Shown piece by piece: positions 12,082 through 25,057 of a DNA stretch of 64,000 bases. The DNA comes from Ranitomeya imitator. Lineage: Eukaryota. The translations under genes and the position numbers were made by a program. Numbering within the stretch: the first letter of the stretch is position 1; every line of letters begins with the position of its first letter. The DNA lies in assembly GCF_032444005.1 (NCBI RefSeq), contig NC_091286.1, positions 82,212,001-82,276,000 on the forward strand. The letters run 5' to 3'. Under the pieces are notes generated by a model. The model did not search any database. It was given only the letters and a program-made list of their open reading frames with translations, and had not been told where the DNA came from.

Positions 12082-13098
12082 TCAATATTTGCAGTGTTGA
12101 CCCTTCTTCTTCAAGACCTCTGCAATTCTCCCTGGCATGCTCTCAATCAACTTCTGGACCAAATCCTGACTGATAGCAGTCCATTCTTGCATAATCAATG
12201 CTCGCATTTTGCCAGAATTTGTTGGTTTTTGTTTGTCCACCCGTCTCTTGATGATTGACCACAAGTTCTCAATGGGATTAAGATCTGGGGAGTTTCCAGG
12301 CCATGGACCCAAAATCTCTATGTTTTGTTCCATGAGCCATTTAGTTATCACCTTTGCTTTATGGCAAGGTGTTCCATCATGCTGTAAAAGGCATTGTTGG
12401 GCGCCAAACTGCTCTTGGACGGTTGGGAGAAGTTGTTCTTGGAGGACATTCTGGTACCATTCTTTATTCATGGCTGTGTTTTTAGGCAAGACTGTGAGTG
12501 AGCCGATTCCCTTGGCTGAGAAGCAACCCCACACATGAATGGTTTCAGGATGCTTTACAGTTGGCATGAGACAAGACTGGTGGTAGCGCTCACCTCTTCT
12601 TCTCCGAATAAGCTGTTTTCCAGATGTCCCAAACAATCGAAAAGGGGATTCATCAGAGAAAATGACTTTGCCCCAGTCCTCAGCAGTCCACTCCCTGTAC
12701 CTTTTGCAGAATATCAGTCGGTCCCTGATGTTTTTTCTGGAGAGAAGTGGCTTCTTTGCTGCCCTCCTTGAAACCAGGCCTTGCTCAAAGAGTCTCCGCC
12801 TCACAGTGCGTGCAGAAGCACTCACACCAGCCTGCTGCCATTCCTGAGCAAGCTCGGCACTGCTGGTAGTCCGATCCCGCAGCTGAAACCGTTTTAAGAT
12901 ACGGTCCTGGCGCTTGCTGGTCTTTCTTGGGTGCCCTGGAGCCTTTTTGACAACAATGGAAGCTCTCTCCTTGAAGTTCTTGATGATGCGATAGATTGTT
13001 GACTGAGGTGCAATCTTTGTAGCTGCGATACTCTTCCCTGTTAGGCCATTTTTGTGCAGTGCAATGATGGCTGCACGTGTTTCTTTAGAGATAACCAT
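12082..13098 (-). CDS. Intact DD35E transposase, 338 aa
   Basis: Starts MVISKETRAAII; paired-like HTH; triad FSDES / QHDGTPCH / SPDLNPIENLW with 35 residues between the second D and the E; no stops. Confidence 0.93.
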   Translation of the reverse strand: MVISKETRAAIIALHKNGLTGKSIAATKIAPQSTIYRIIKNFKERASIVVKKAPGHPRKTSKRQDRILKRFQLRDRTTSSAELAQEWQQAGVSASARTVRRRLFEQGLVSRRAAKKPLLSRKNIRDRLIFCKRYREWTAEDWGKVIFSDESPFRLFGTSGKQLIRRRRGERYHQSCLMPTVKHPETIHVWGCFSAKGIGSLTVLPKNTAMNKEWYQNVLQEQLLPTVQEQFGAQQCLLQHDGTPCHKAKVITKWLMEQNIEILGPWPGNSPDLNPIENLWSIIKRRVDKQKPTNSGKMRALIMQEWTAISQDLVQKLIESMPGRIAEVLKKKGQHCKY

Positions 13099-13168
13099 GG
13101 TTAACTGAAGAGAAACAATGATACCAAGCACCAGCCTCCTTTTAAAGTGTCCAGTGATGTCATTCTTA

Positions 13169-13556
13169 GGGTATGTTTCCACGTGCAGGAAACGCTGCGT
13201 GTCTGACGCTGCATAGAGCCGCAGCGTCAGACACGCAGTGTCCAGATGTTACAGCATAGTGGAGGGGATTGAATGAAATCCCGTCTCCACTATGCGTGGT
13301 AACACGCACGCGGCAGCCCTGCGACTCCGGACATGCTGCGCGTCTTTTCAGATCGCAGCATGTCCGTATATCTTGCGGCGACGCTGCGTCGCCGCAAGAT
13401 ATAGCACAGGGCCCTATGCGATGGGTGCGATGATGCCGGATGTGTGCTATGAACACATCCGGCATCATCGCGTCCCAGAAGGGGGCGGGGCTTACCGCAG
13501 AGCGGGTTTGCCGCTCTAACTATACCGCCGGCCATCCTGAACGTGGACACGCAGCC
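13169..13556. mobile_element. Harbinger-type MITE inserted upstream of the Tc1 transposase ATG
   Basis: TTA|GGGTATGTTTCCACGT...ACGTGGACACGCAGCC|TAA. Confidence 0.75.
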
Positions 13557-14263
13557 TAACTTAATCATGACTGATTGATCGCCAGCCCTGTCCTCATTAA
13601 CACCCACACCTGTGTTAATGGATCAATCACTAAAACGATGTTAGCTGCTCCTTTTAAGGCAGGACTGCAATGATGTTGAAATGTGTTTTGGGGGTTAAAG
13701 TTCATTTTCTGGGCAAATATTGACTTTGCAAGTACAGTAATTGCTGTTAAGCTGATCACTCTGACATTCAGGAGTATATGCAAATTGCCATTAGAAAAAA
13801 TGAAGCAGTAGACTTTGGAAAAATTAATATTTGTCTCATTCTCAAAATTTTTGTCCATGACTGTATATGAACACAGAGGTTCTGGGCCTTTCCTGCCATA
13901 TATCTATTCATTCTCGCTGCTGCTCAGTGAATAAGTGCTGAGAATAGAGACTGAGGAGCCAGCAAGGGGAAGGTGAGCATGTCCACCAGCTTCCCACTCA
14001 GTAGATGAATGTTAACATTAATATCAAACTTTAAACACCAGATGGCGCCGTACTATGTAAGTAGATAAAGTAACGCTACAATAGATGAATATAAATGGTA
14101 AATAGCAGTGATTATTTCCACACAATAAATAGAAAAATGCTCGTCACTGTGCAGTGAAATGTGAATGGTGGCATGTATGTTTTTATCCTTTTTTTTTTTT
14201 GTGCCATGTTAGAAAAGTGTTTTTTTTTTTTTGTTTTTTTTTATCTCTTCCTTCTCATTGCAG

Positions 14264-14389
14264 GCAGAACAGATCGTATATGATCACTTCACCGACGAAA
14301 AATTCATTGAGCAGCTGATTAAATTTCTCTCTTTAGAAGATCGAAAAGGGAAGGACAAATTTAACCCTCGCAGATTTTGCCTTTTTAAG
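14264..14389 (+). CDS. PSME4: PSME4 coding exon
   Basis: [42 protein letters not shown]; polypyrimidine tract with cag acceptor, AAG|gt donor; 126 nt. Confidence 0.97.
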
Positions 14390-15285
14390 GTAAAATGAAT
14401 TGCAGTTAGTTGCATTGTTCTAGGATATAGAAATGTTGCAAGTTTTTTGTTTTTTTTTCCCCCCACATTGTGTGATTATTCCACTGGTTATTATCAGCGT
14501 GATGGTACATGCTCTTCACAGGCTGTGTTGTGGACAGATCATATAAAACGTAACGTATTAGTCGGCTTATAATTGATTTCTCTCTTACTTAAAGGGATTG
14601 TCCGGACTAATGATATTTGATGTGACCCCTGCCCCCTCTTAATATTCTGTCTACTTCATAACCACCACCGATTAGCTGTTATCAGCTCTGACACCGGACC
14701 AGGAACTCTGCTGCCTTTCTCCACTGCGGCCAATAATACAAAAAACAATCCCGACGTCTTTATTCCGATGGCCGAGCCACCAAGGTTTCCCTAAGCAAAG
14801 TCACTGTCAGGGAAGTCGTCTGTGTTCTTCCTGAGACAGCTTAGCAGACCATTTTGCTGTCATTTTTTTCCCGCCATTGTCTTTCTAATATGTTTGAACT
14901 ATAAAGAGCGGGCAGCTTTCATAGTCACCAGAAAAATGAACATGCTGCTTCTTTAACCACCTTATGGTATCCGAACCCTTAAGCAGTTTGAAAGAAGTGT
15001 CGTTTTTACATTGCTGTGTGTTTTATTTTCGTTTTTTTTTTGGGGGGGGGGGCACTTTTGCATTGCAAAAGCTGTACATGGCAAACAATGGAGACAAGAG
15101 TATTGTGGCCCCTTCAAACTGTTGATGGAGGTCTTAAGTTATTGATATGCTTACATTTGATGGCTATCCAGCCAGTATTATTTGAAGGGTTACTCCTGTG
15201 TTATCTAATGCAATGTTGACATTGCGCAAAAGATGTACTATCTAAAATCCAATTTCATAAAGGCAGTTGTGAATATAAACATTAA

Positions 15286-15771
15286 AGGAGTTTTCCCATG
15301 AACATAAGTTCATTTTAATCAATAGATCTTGCAATAATAATAATTTCCACAATTGGATGTGTTTAAAATGTTCCTGTGCTGAGATAATCTTATAAATGTG
15401 CCCCGTGCAGGAACATGGACTGATCATGCCACATCTCCTGGGCGGGGGAAGCAAAAGAGTATACAGACAGGACAGCATGGGATCACAGCTGATCCTTTTC
15501 CTGCCTGTATTTAAACAATGTTTTACTTCAAAGAGAGAATCAGCTGTGATCCCCTGCTGTAATAGCTGTATACTCTTCCTCCCACCGCCCAGGAGATGTG
15601 GTGTGATCAGTCCATGTTCCTGCACTGCCATTACACAGGACACAGCAGGGGCACATTTATAAGATTATCTCAGCACAGGGACATTTTATTTTAAATGCAT
15701 CCAATCATACTTATGGAAACTATTCCAAGATCTATTGACTAAAACCAACTTTTGTTTGTGGGAAAACCACT
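15286..15771. mobile_element. T2/Kolobok-type palindromic MITE
   Basis: TTAA|AGGAGTTTTCCCA...TGGGAAAACCACT|TTAA with long internal inverted arms. Confidence 0.8.
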
Positions 15772-16367
15772 TTAAGGGTTTTTAAGCAAGCACTGTTGTG
15801 CGGTATAAAGTTACAAATGTTTGTGTAAGCAAGTTGTGACTATTATTTTCCACTTCCCCTTACTTTTCAAAAGTGACGATAAGCGGGTTCGTTAAAGCGG
15901 GAGGAGACGGCTTTCTACACTAAAACAGTGTACGACTCGTATGATGCCATTCTTAGTAAATGTCTCCCTAAAATCCTATTCAGAAAAACCTAGTCCCTGC
16001 CAGTACTGAGATCTACTATGTGTTTGCGTTTTTCAGCAGATTTTTTTATAGGGATGTTTGCCAGCCATTCCATGATGTATCCTGCATTCTGTGGCAATCT
16101 GAGCAGAGCTCACGGTTTGGCTCCTCATTTCATATAGGCGGCCTTATTCTACAACCGCTGTCGGGACAATAAGAAGCTGAGAAGCGAGACTCTCAGTGCT
16201 GATTCCCTGCCTATAATGTTCTCAATGTCTGTGAATGATTCTAGAAACTCTATACTGAATATGAAGAAACTGGGAAGTTTGGTTGCATTCGGTATTTAAC
16301 ACAGAAGAATCCGATGAAGAAGCGTGTCTGTCTAGATTGCTAATAAAATATTCTCCCTTTATTCCAG

Positions 16368-16520
16368 GGTCTTTTCAGGAACTTTGACGATGCTTTCTTA
16401 CCAGTCCTTACACCGCACCTGGAGCGTCTGGTGCAAGACTCTCACGAAAGCACACAAAGATGTGTGGCCGAAATTGTAGCAGGATTAATCAGAGGATCTA
16501 AACATTGGACATTTGATAAG
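16368..16520 (+). CDS. PSME4: PSME4 coding exon
   Basis: [51 protein letters not shown]; AG/GT boundaries; 153 nt. Confidence 0.97.
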
Positions 16521-16795
16521 GTAGTTTTGTAAGTGGTCATCTGTCAGAAAGATCAAATCATATGTATTGGCATACAGATCTTTAAAATTTAAATTTATCA
16601 ACACATTTATGTCTTCTATCTGTTGCTGCATTCCCCATCCATTTAGCATTTTAGTTCATACACAAAGGATGTGTTCTGGGTGTGATAGGTTTTAATAATG
16701 ATCTGCCTCCCGAGGCTTCCTGTCCAGCACTTCTCTGTGATATAGATGCTAGGTGAGGACACAAGCTCTGGAGGCAGTGGCTTCTTTAAAGGATG

Positions 16796-17030
16796 TAACA
16801 TAGTAACATAGTTATTAAGGTTGAAGGAAGACTTTAAGTCCATCTAGTTCAACCCATAGCCTAACCTAACATGCCCTAACATGTTGATCCAGAGGAAGGC
16901 AAAAAAAATAAACATGTGACAAAGAGTAAGCTCCACCTTGGGGAAAAAAAATTCCTTCCCGACTCCACATACGGCAATCAGACTAGTTCCCTGGATCAAA
17001 ACCCTAACAAGGAATCTAGTATATATAACC
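16796..17030 (-). mobile_element. CR1 LINE 3' end fragment
   Basis: (TAACATAG)n tail and GTCCATCTAGTTCAACC, the reverse complement of a CR1 3' UTR. Confidence 0.8.
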
Positions 17031-17761
17031 TAAATAAATACAGCCTTTTCAAAGTCCAGCAATACCTTTTACATGGTGACTTTGTTTCTCCCTTATGGAG
17101 AGATTAGCATTTTAATTCATATGCAGATGAGGCTGAAGAGCTATGGTATATTTGAAGCCTCTGTCACTCCAGCTCTATTCCCTCCTCCAGCTCTGCCTCT
17201 TTCTGCTTGACTGACAGCCTTTATGATGTGACGTCAGTCAAAGGAGCAGTCAGTCAAGCAGGAGGAGATGGTTCTGGGTGAAGGATAGAGCTGGAGTGAC
17301 AGAGGCTTCAGATCTACAAATGGCTCTTCCGCCTCATTTGCATATTGAGTCACACAATGATTTCTCAGTAACTGACGAATAGACTAGCCATGTAAAGGTA
17401 TTGCTATTTCTTTTGAAAGAGTTATATGTACTAATAAATCCTGATTTAAGTGCTTCATCATGCACAGAGCATGTGAGGCATTATTTGCATGTGAATGAAA
17501 ACGCTAATCAGGAATGCAGCAACAAAAAATATTAGTGTTGATGGATTTATACTTCAAAGACTTGCATGCCTTTTATATGCGGATTTGTAGGGTTGATGCT
17601 GACAGATTTCCTTTAACATGTTCCGGTCCTGTGATAAGGATCCCAAATACATTCATGTATGACAACCCTGACCGCACTTTGCTTACAGATTGCCCACTAG
17701 TTGGTTGTCATGCAATCTGACAATGTAGTTTAGAGCCGGATGTAATAGATCTATTTATTTA

Positions 17762-18804
17762 CCGTATTTTTCCGACCATAAGACGCACTTTTTTTCCTCC
17801 AAATTTGGGAGGAAAGTGTGGGTGCGTCTTATGGTACGGATGTAGCATGTGGGGAGGGGGGCAGCAGTGAGTGGGATCGCACTGTTATCCCACTTCAGGA
17901 TGTCCCCGCTGCCCAGAATCAGTGCTGGAGAAACCATGTGCTCCCGATGATTAAGTGCAGTGAATATTCATTAGCGGCTCCCCACCACCTATCAGCTGAG
18001 CAGTGAGCCATGAGCAGCAAATGCTTAAGCAGGGACACACATGGCTTCTCCAGCACTGATTCCTGCAGCAGCTGGGCAGGTCTGTGTGTCTGGGGGAGAG
18101 GAGGCAGCAGCAGGGGCCAAGGGAGAGAGGAGATGGCTGCATACCTGCCTGCCATGCCTGGGCTGGACGCTGAGTGATGTGCAGGAGGACCTGTGATGAT
18201 GTCAGGAGTGGGCGGGCTGGAGCATCACATGGCAGCTCAGAGCCCTCCCTCTTCTTGACATCATCACAGGTCCTTCAGGCTCTCCAGTCTCCACTAGAAT
18301 CTGCAGCTGCTCTGTGTGTAGTCATGGGACGCTCCAGCTTTAACCTCACCACAGTGTGGCTGGCTGCCACATTTAAGAGGTTAGTCTTTACAAAACACAA
18401 TAAAGCACTCTGCCACTCCTTTGGTGAACTATAACTCCCAGCATGTCATAGGATCTGCAGGACATGCTGGGAGTTATAGTTCTCCCATGGGATTTTAAAG
18501 CAGCACTCCAGTGTTATTTTGCAGTGCTGGAGTGGTGCTTTAAATATAAGCCCTGTGCCCCCATTCTTATACTCACCCTCCAGCATCTTCATATAGTGCT
18601 TTACAGACACCACACTGGTCCCGCAGCTTCCAACATAATAACATACTATTATATCTAATAACACCACATATAATAGTATGTCATTTATGTTATTAAATAT
18701 TTTACCACATTTTTTAGCTTCAAATATTTTTTTTCCCTATTTTCCACCTCTAAAACCTGGGTGCGCCTTATAGTCCGGTGCGTCTTATAGTCCGAAAAAT
18801 ACGG
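17762..18804. mobile_element. Non-autonomous TA-target element (pogo/Tigger-like)
   Basis: TA|CCGTATTTTTCCGACCATAAGACGCAC...GTGCGTCTTATAGTCCGAAAAATACGG|TA. Confidence 0.8.
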
Positions 18805-19412
18805 TACTTTTACTCACTTTTATAAAGGGACGAGCACCACAGAGAGTAAGCAGAAGCTTTGCTCTTGCCCCCCAAGTTATTTACTCTTCTTTTTTTCTTT
18901 GGGAGCCTCCTTTTGCAATATCCAGGCCACAACTTTATTTACAAAGATATATTTTAAACGATGTATGTAAGGCCGGTTTCACACTATCGTATCGTGTTCT
19001 TATTACTTTCAGATCCGCAAACGTCTGCATCCGTCCTGCGTACCCATCTTTAATATTGTGTACGTAGAGACATGCGTGTCATGCGACACATCTGCATACA
19101 ACACATGACCACGCATGTCCCTTCTTTCAGTCTGTTTCTTTCCCCCCTAGATTTCCTTCCTTGTCACACTTAGGTCTTCATATCCCTTTATGGGAAGCAA
19201 ATATCTCCACCCTCCTTCACCCTGGAGACACTATGCCTCGCCTTATGAGCAGAGATCTGCTTTGATCTACTTGTTCTTCCCTATAGTGTGCTTACAAAGG
19301 ATAATGACATCCTGATTCTTCTTCGTTAACACATGGTATTTAAATTACCCAGAGACATGTTGACGAGGTTGTATCACCCCCTAATAGTTGTCATTCCTCG
19401 TGGACTCGGGAG

Positions 19413-19634
19413 TAGGGTTGATCAAACATGTTCGAATTTGGTCGCCAAATATTAATTTACCATATTCGTGTCATATTTGTGCCAAATTTATGTTTGATGA
19501 TTGGTTCCAAACATGTTCGGTCATTTCTACTGCTTTTGACTCCAATGACGTTCGGCTGTGTTCGAATATTGCAAAAAGGATATTCGCCACCGATCGTAAT
19601 CTAAACCGAATTTTGAAAAATTCGCTCAACTCTA
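19413..19634. mobile_element. hAT-type MITE
   Basis: TAGGGTTGA...CTCAACTCTA ends with a perfect 8-bp TSD CTCGGGAG. Confidence 0.88.
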
Positions 19635-19889
19635 CTCGGGAGCCTTTGCACTTCCAAAATACTGTAACTAGTGATATGGAGCATCCTGATTTAGCACTCC
19701 TTGAGACCCTTTTACAAATGGAGCAGAGGCCTAAATGTTAGCTGCAGAATACAATGATATTCACCCATGTTTCGTTATCTCATGTCTAACAAATGTAGTA
19801 TTTAAGATCCTGATGCAAAAAGAATTCTCATTTTGTTGTCTACATGGAGCTGTACATTAAAAGCATTGATTAATGAAACTGTTTTGTAG

Positions 19890-19994
19890 GTTGAAAATCT
19901 CTGGAAATTTTTGTGCCCGCTACTGAGAACCGCATTGGCCAACATCACAGTGGAGACTTACAGTGATTGGGGAACCTGTGTTGCAACTTCATGT
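19890..19994 (+). CDS. PSME4: PSME4 coding exon
   Basis: [35 protein letters not shown]; tag| acceptor and |gtaagt donor; 105 nt. Confidence 0.96.
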
Positions 19995-20195
19995 GTAAGT
20001 CGCCGTCTGTCCAGTTTCTTACTGTAGTCTCAAGTTAGCCGCCATTGTTGGTGAATATGTAACAATTAAATGTTTTCATTAAGCATTGCCCAAAAAAACA
20101 AGTTGTACGTGTTGTCTAGTAGCAGTGTCTGCAGTCATTCAAAGACTATGTTGGCTCTTTAATGGAGCACACTGTAGTCACTCAAATACCTGTAA

Positions 20196-21084
20196 GGCTA
20201 TGTGCACACGTTCAGGATTTTTAATTTTTTTTTCAGCCACTTTCCGACGAAAAACGCTAGAGAAAGGCTTACATAAGCATCCTATCATTTTTAATGCATT
20301 ACGCATTTTTTGTGCACATGCTGCATTTTTTTCTGCGCCGGAATTGCATTCTGGAAAAAAAGCCAGCATGTTCATTCTTTGTGAGGAATCGCGGCGATTC
20401 TCCACACATAAGAATGCATTGATTCGCTTACTTTTCGCATGGGGTTATGTCCACCGTGGGGGACATAAGCGGATAATGTGCAGTTGGTACCCAGGGTGGA
20501 AGAGAGGAGACTCTCCTCCAGGCCCTGGGAACCATATACCTGTAAAAAAAAAAAAATTAAAATAAAAAATTGTGATATTCTCACCTTCCGGCGCCCCCCG
20601 CAGCCTTCCCGCTCCTCGCGATGCTCCTGTTCCCAGTAATGCCTTGTGACAATGACCTGTGATGATGTAGCGGTCTCGCGTGATGCTACGTCATCTGGGG
20701 TCATTGCCACGAGGCATTAGTTGGAACAGGAGCATCGCGAGGAGCGGGAAGGCTGCGGGGGCTGTCGGAAGGTGAGAATATCACGATTTTTTATTTTTAA
20801 CAATAGATCTTTTTACTATTGATGATGCATAGGCAGCATCAATAGTAAAAAGTTGGTCACACTTGTCAACCGCTAAAGTGTGACCAACCTGTCAATCAGT
20901 TTTCCAAGCGATGCTACAGATCGCGTGGAAAATGCTAGCATTCTGCAGAGCTAATTGCACTTGTAAAACACTAGTGTTTAGCGGGAATATGCATGCCAAT
21001 TCTGCATGCGTATTTCCCATGGCAGGGAGTTGCAGAATTGCTGCGGAAATTTCCGTGGCAATTCTGCAACATGTGCACATAGCC
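20196..21084. mobile_element. Harbinger-type MITE with an internal inverted-repeat block
   Basis: TAA|GGCTATGTGCACAC...TGTGCACATAGCC|TAC. It ends about 65 bp upstream of a PSME4 exon. Confidence 0.8.
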
Positions 21085-21148
21085 TACAAGTGCTGATATT
21101 TTTCTCCGCAAACATTTTCTTCACCTTTTTAATGTCTGTTTCCTTTAG

Positions 21149-21240
21149 GAGAGCAGAGATCCTCGGAAACTTCACTGGCTGTTTGAGCTGCTGTTAGAGT
21201 CTCCAGTGAGCGGAGAAGGAGGCTCCTTCGTCGATGCCTG
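21149..21240 (+). CDS. PSME4: PSME4 coding exon
   Basis: [30 protein letters not shown](C); phase 0 to 2; |gtatgt donor. Confidence 0.96.
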
Positions 21241-22439
21241 GTATGTGCATAAGAGAACAGCGATGAGATCCCAGAGACCCTGAAGTGCATTAAATAATGC
21301 GTGTTCTGTTCTCGAAAAGCATGTTAATGTATGGTGCAGCCTCATGTGCAGAGCCCATCCATCTGGATTCTGCAGCAGCCAGGATCAACACAAAATGGTC
21401 ATCTTCATACCCGGAGAATGTCAATGAGATTAGCAGCAGCAGTGTGCTTTTATAGAAGGAGGCGGATTTTTTTTTTTTTTTTTTGCAAGGCTGTCGGTAT
21501 CCTTGCAATGTCATACCAGGGAGCTGATGGGTTGCCAAGACTGTCAAAATCAAGCGAATGACAATAAAAGTGCAGCTCTAAAATCAGTCAGCGAAAATAC
21601 TATTTATTTTTTTTCCCCTAAATTTTCTCTTGCAAAGATAGGAACACATAAAAATGGCTGAATATTACTTTGGTAACAGCAAGTTTCTGCAGGTAGATAA
21701 TAAATTATCATTTATACCTCACAGTAAACGCTGTGAAAATAATGTTAAAATTGCTCTGTCTTACCTTTCACAACACTGTTCCGAAAAAAAGCTGTGTGCA
21801 AGTTAAAGGGGTTGACCTGGACTTAGATATTGATAAGCACTAATTGGTCAGGATAGGTCATCACGTCATGCGAGCACCGGAAGTATCAGCTGTCCTCGGG
21901 TACTACAGCTCCGCTCCTATTGAAGTGAATATGAGCTGTAGTACCCAAGAACGACCACTACAGAGCATGGCGCTGTGGTGTTCCTGGCTCTGTACACTGC
22001 GAGCGGTGGTAGAGGCGCAGGATAACAACAGATCAGGGGGCGCCGGACATCAGATTCTCAGTGATTTAATATTGGTAGGTTATCAATAGCTTAATCCTGG
22101 ATGGACAATTCATTTTTAAACAAATGTACTATATGTAGCCCAGAATAGTGGTATTTAAAAATCTGCACTATTCCACACAAAAAGCCCTTATATGGCTATT
22201 TATGCAGTAAAGTCATTGTTTTCACTTTGCAGAAATAAAAAAAAAAATCACTGGTTCCTTGATTAGATGTAAGGGCTTGTTGGGTGCACAGACATATAAG
22301 GTAGCCATATATCAGTCAGCACCTTGGCCTTTTGTATGGAGAACAGAGGTGCCATATGACCTTCCACCACCTGCCGCACTGATGGTGGTACACTTTATGG
22401 GGCCATATATTAATGACCACATCTATTCTCCTTCCGCAG

Positions 22440-22571
22440 CCGACTATATGTTCTTCAGGGAGGTCTTGCACAACAGGAATGGCGCGTTCCAGAGTTACTT
22501 CACAGATTGCTGACATATCTAGAGCCAAAGTTAACCCAAGTCTACAAAAATGTCCGAGAGCGAATTGGAAG
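22440..22571 (+). CDS. PSME4: PSME4 coding exon
   Basis: [43 protein letters not shown](S); phase 2 to 2; |gtgagt donor. Confidence 0.97.
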
Positions 22572-22782
22572 GTGAGTGACTTTACTATGTGTTAAAGAGG
22601 AATTTTGAACCTTTTAAAAATGAAGGGTCTGTCTGCGTTTGGGCTTACAGAAGTGGTCCCTGGCAGAGAGGGAATCCCTCTGTAAAGTCCCAATGCCATA
22701 ATTTGGCATATGGAGATGTTTTTGGGCTTGTCAGTAGATCCTGAATATGACACCAGCCTCCTCGCTGGTCCTTTTCTTGCAG

Positions 22783-22991
22783 TGTGCTGACTTACATATT
22801 CATGATTGATGTCTCGTTGCTAAACACTGCGCCCACCAAGTCTCCTCGGATTTCTGAATTCACTGCACGTGTTCTTGAGAAATTGAAGCCCCTCATGGAG
22901 GCTGATGAGGAAATCCAAAATCATGTGATGGAAGAAAATGGAGTTGGGGAACAAGATGAGAGAACCCAGGCCATTAAATTGATGAAAACCA
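22783..22991 (+). CDS. PSME4: PSME4 coding exon
   Basis: [69 protein letters not shown]; phase 2 to 1; |gtaagt donor. Confidence 0.97.
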
Positions 22992-23131
22992 GTAAGTGGT
23001 TGCTGTAATATGCTTTTGATTGGAGTTGGTTTGTACAGATTACAGTTTTCATATTTTTTATATGCTGCTTATATTTCAGTAGTAGTGAATCCTAATGCTG
23101 ACGTTTATTGCGTAATGTGTTTATCATACAG

Positions 23132-23217
23132 TATTGAAATGGATTATGGCGAGTGCAGGAAGGTCTTTTTGTACCGCCGTGCCGGAGCAGCTGCAGCTTC
23201 TACCACTCCTGTTCAAG
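23132..23217 (+). CDS. PSME4: PSME4 coding exon ending at a GC donor
   Basis: (I)[28 protein letters not shown]; phase 1 to 0; followed by AAG|GCAAGC. Confidence 0.92.
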
Positions 23218-23304
23218 GCAAGCGTCATATATGTCACATATGTAATGTGTGTGTGTTATACACTTTTTAGTAATGTGTGTGCACATAAATATTCCACAAT
23301 TTAA

Positions 23305-24220
23305 AGAGGTTGTCCACTACATTTTAGAATTCACCCACTGATTTAAACCTTGTAAAGAAGTAATTTTGTAAATACGTCTTGTTGACATCTGTGCCTGCGA
23401 GCGGCGCTATCGCTGAGCACTTGACATCATGTGACCCCGGCTGCCGCCACGGTGAATGTCAAGTTCTGGATCTCCTGCATTCCCCTGGCGTGACCCAGTC
23501 GCGCACACCCCTCCTGATTGACTGGTCTGTGGGCAGAGTTTCGCCGCACATCACAGCCTTAGTATCCAGCGTGCACTTTCCCTCTCTCCTCTGCTTTCAT
23601 TAGCCACAAGTGCATGCTGGATACTGGGCTGTGACGTGCGGTGAAGCTCCACCCACAGACCAATCAGGACGGGTGTGTGGGACTGGGTCACTCCCAGGGC
23701 CGGACTGGCCATCTGGCAATTCTGGCAAATGCCAGAAGGGCCTCTCTGGTCATGGGCTGCCTTGTCTGCTACATTCTTAAGAGTTGGTGTTCTCAAGATA
23801 CCCATACTGTTAAGAGTTGTGATGGAGCACAAGGTTGCTGACTCAGTCACTTACCACACCAGGCCAGGGGAATCATTAGAAATATTGGTCTTGTAAAAAA
23901 TGTTCCTTTCCTACATCCAGGGCAATAGTAGTAATATATCCCATCTGGTTCATGGGGACGGGGACACATGGACCTGTAAGATTTCAAATGCCAGGGCTGA
24001 ATTTCAGCCCCAATCCGTTCCTGGTCACGCCGGGGGTAATGCTTGAGATCCGGAATATGACGCGACGTCAGCGGCGGCTGCAGCCGGGGTAACGTAATTC
24101 TGAATGATCAGTCAGCGATGGCGCCGCTCACAGGCACAGATAACAAGAGGTAATTACAAAAATTCTACTTTACAAGGTTTAAATCGGTGGGGGCATTATA
24201 CACTGTAGTGGAAAACCACT
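23305..24220. mobile_element. T2/Kolobok-type MITE
   Basis: TTAA|AGAGGTTGTCCACTAC...GTAGTGGAAAACCACT|TTA. Confidence 0.65.
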
Positions 24221-24928
24221 TTATTTGTGAGTGGTGTTGAGAAGTGAACGCATCCCAGCCACACAGTTTCAGACCACCTTAAATAATAGTGGTGTCACTG
24301 AGTGCTGGGGCACATAGCCTCTGATTCATGAATCTGGCATAAAAAACTTTGAAGAGTTGACAAATTTTTGTGCAACTCAAGTTTGCACAAAAATTGACTT
24401 TAGGCATTTTTCAAAATGCTGGAGAGAGACGAGGCGGCGAGCTGCATCGTACGGTCTGGAGTAAGATTTGTGGCGAGGTACACAAAGGCTCATGCCACTT
24501 TTAAGTTTCCACCTTATTCAGGTGCCTCTGACTCCACCATAACCAATCGTGAAGATCGTTTTTTGATGAATTGGGGCCAGAGTACATAAAGTTGCCAATA
24601 CTTTGCAGATTTAATAACTGCAGAGTCCAAACCTCCTCTAGCAATAACCTCAGCACAAAAACTCTGCACCAATAATGCCATGTCTTCTCTTCCATGGCCA
24701 AGCAGCTTCATACAAGACTTACATCACCAAGCACAATGCCAAATGTCAGATTCAGTGATCTAAAGCAGTGGTGTGTATACTTGCATTCTTGGATAAATTG
24801 AAAGTGTTTTATATATTGCCTATATACTATGACTATTGTACAGCTACGCGATGCAGAAGGGATAAGGAGTGTATGAAACCCTATACGTTTTGGTAATTTC
24901 CAGGATTTTTTCATGTTTGTCTCACTAG

Positions 24929-25057
24929 ATTGCACCTGTGGAGAATGATACAAACTATGATGAGCTGAAAAGAGATGCAAAAATGTGCTTATCCCTAATG
25001 TCTCAGGGGCTACTCTACCCCGAACAGGTGCCCATGGCTCTCAATGTGTTAAATCAA
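24929..25057 (+). CDS. PSME4: PSME4 coding exon
   Basis: [43 protein letters not shown]; tag| acceptor and |gtgagt donor; 129 nt. Confidence 0.97.

Larger units (their letters stand above)
11905..13863 (-). mobile_element. Tc1/mariner DNA transposon, DD35E type (Traveler-like), full length
   Basis: TA|CAGTCATGGCCAAAAGTTTTGA...TCAAAATTTTTGTCCATGACTG|TA; about 30-bp imperfect TIRs; about 1.57 kb once the 388-bp MITE is removed. Confidence 0.93.

Noticed and set aside
13099-13182. First 28 residues of the 366-aa transposase ORF call
   Set aside because: The called start lies inside the inserted MITE; the family-like start is MVISKE at 13098.
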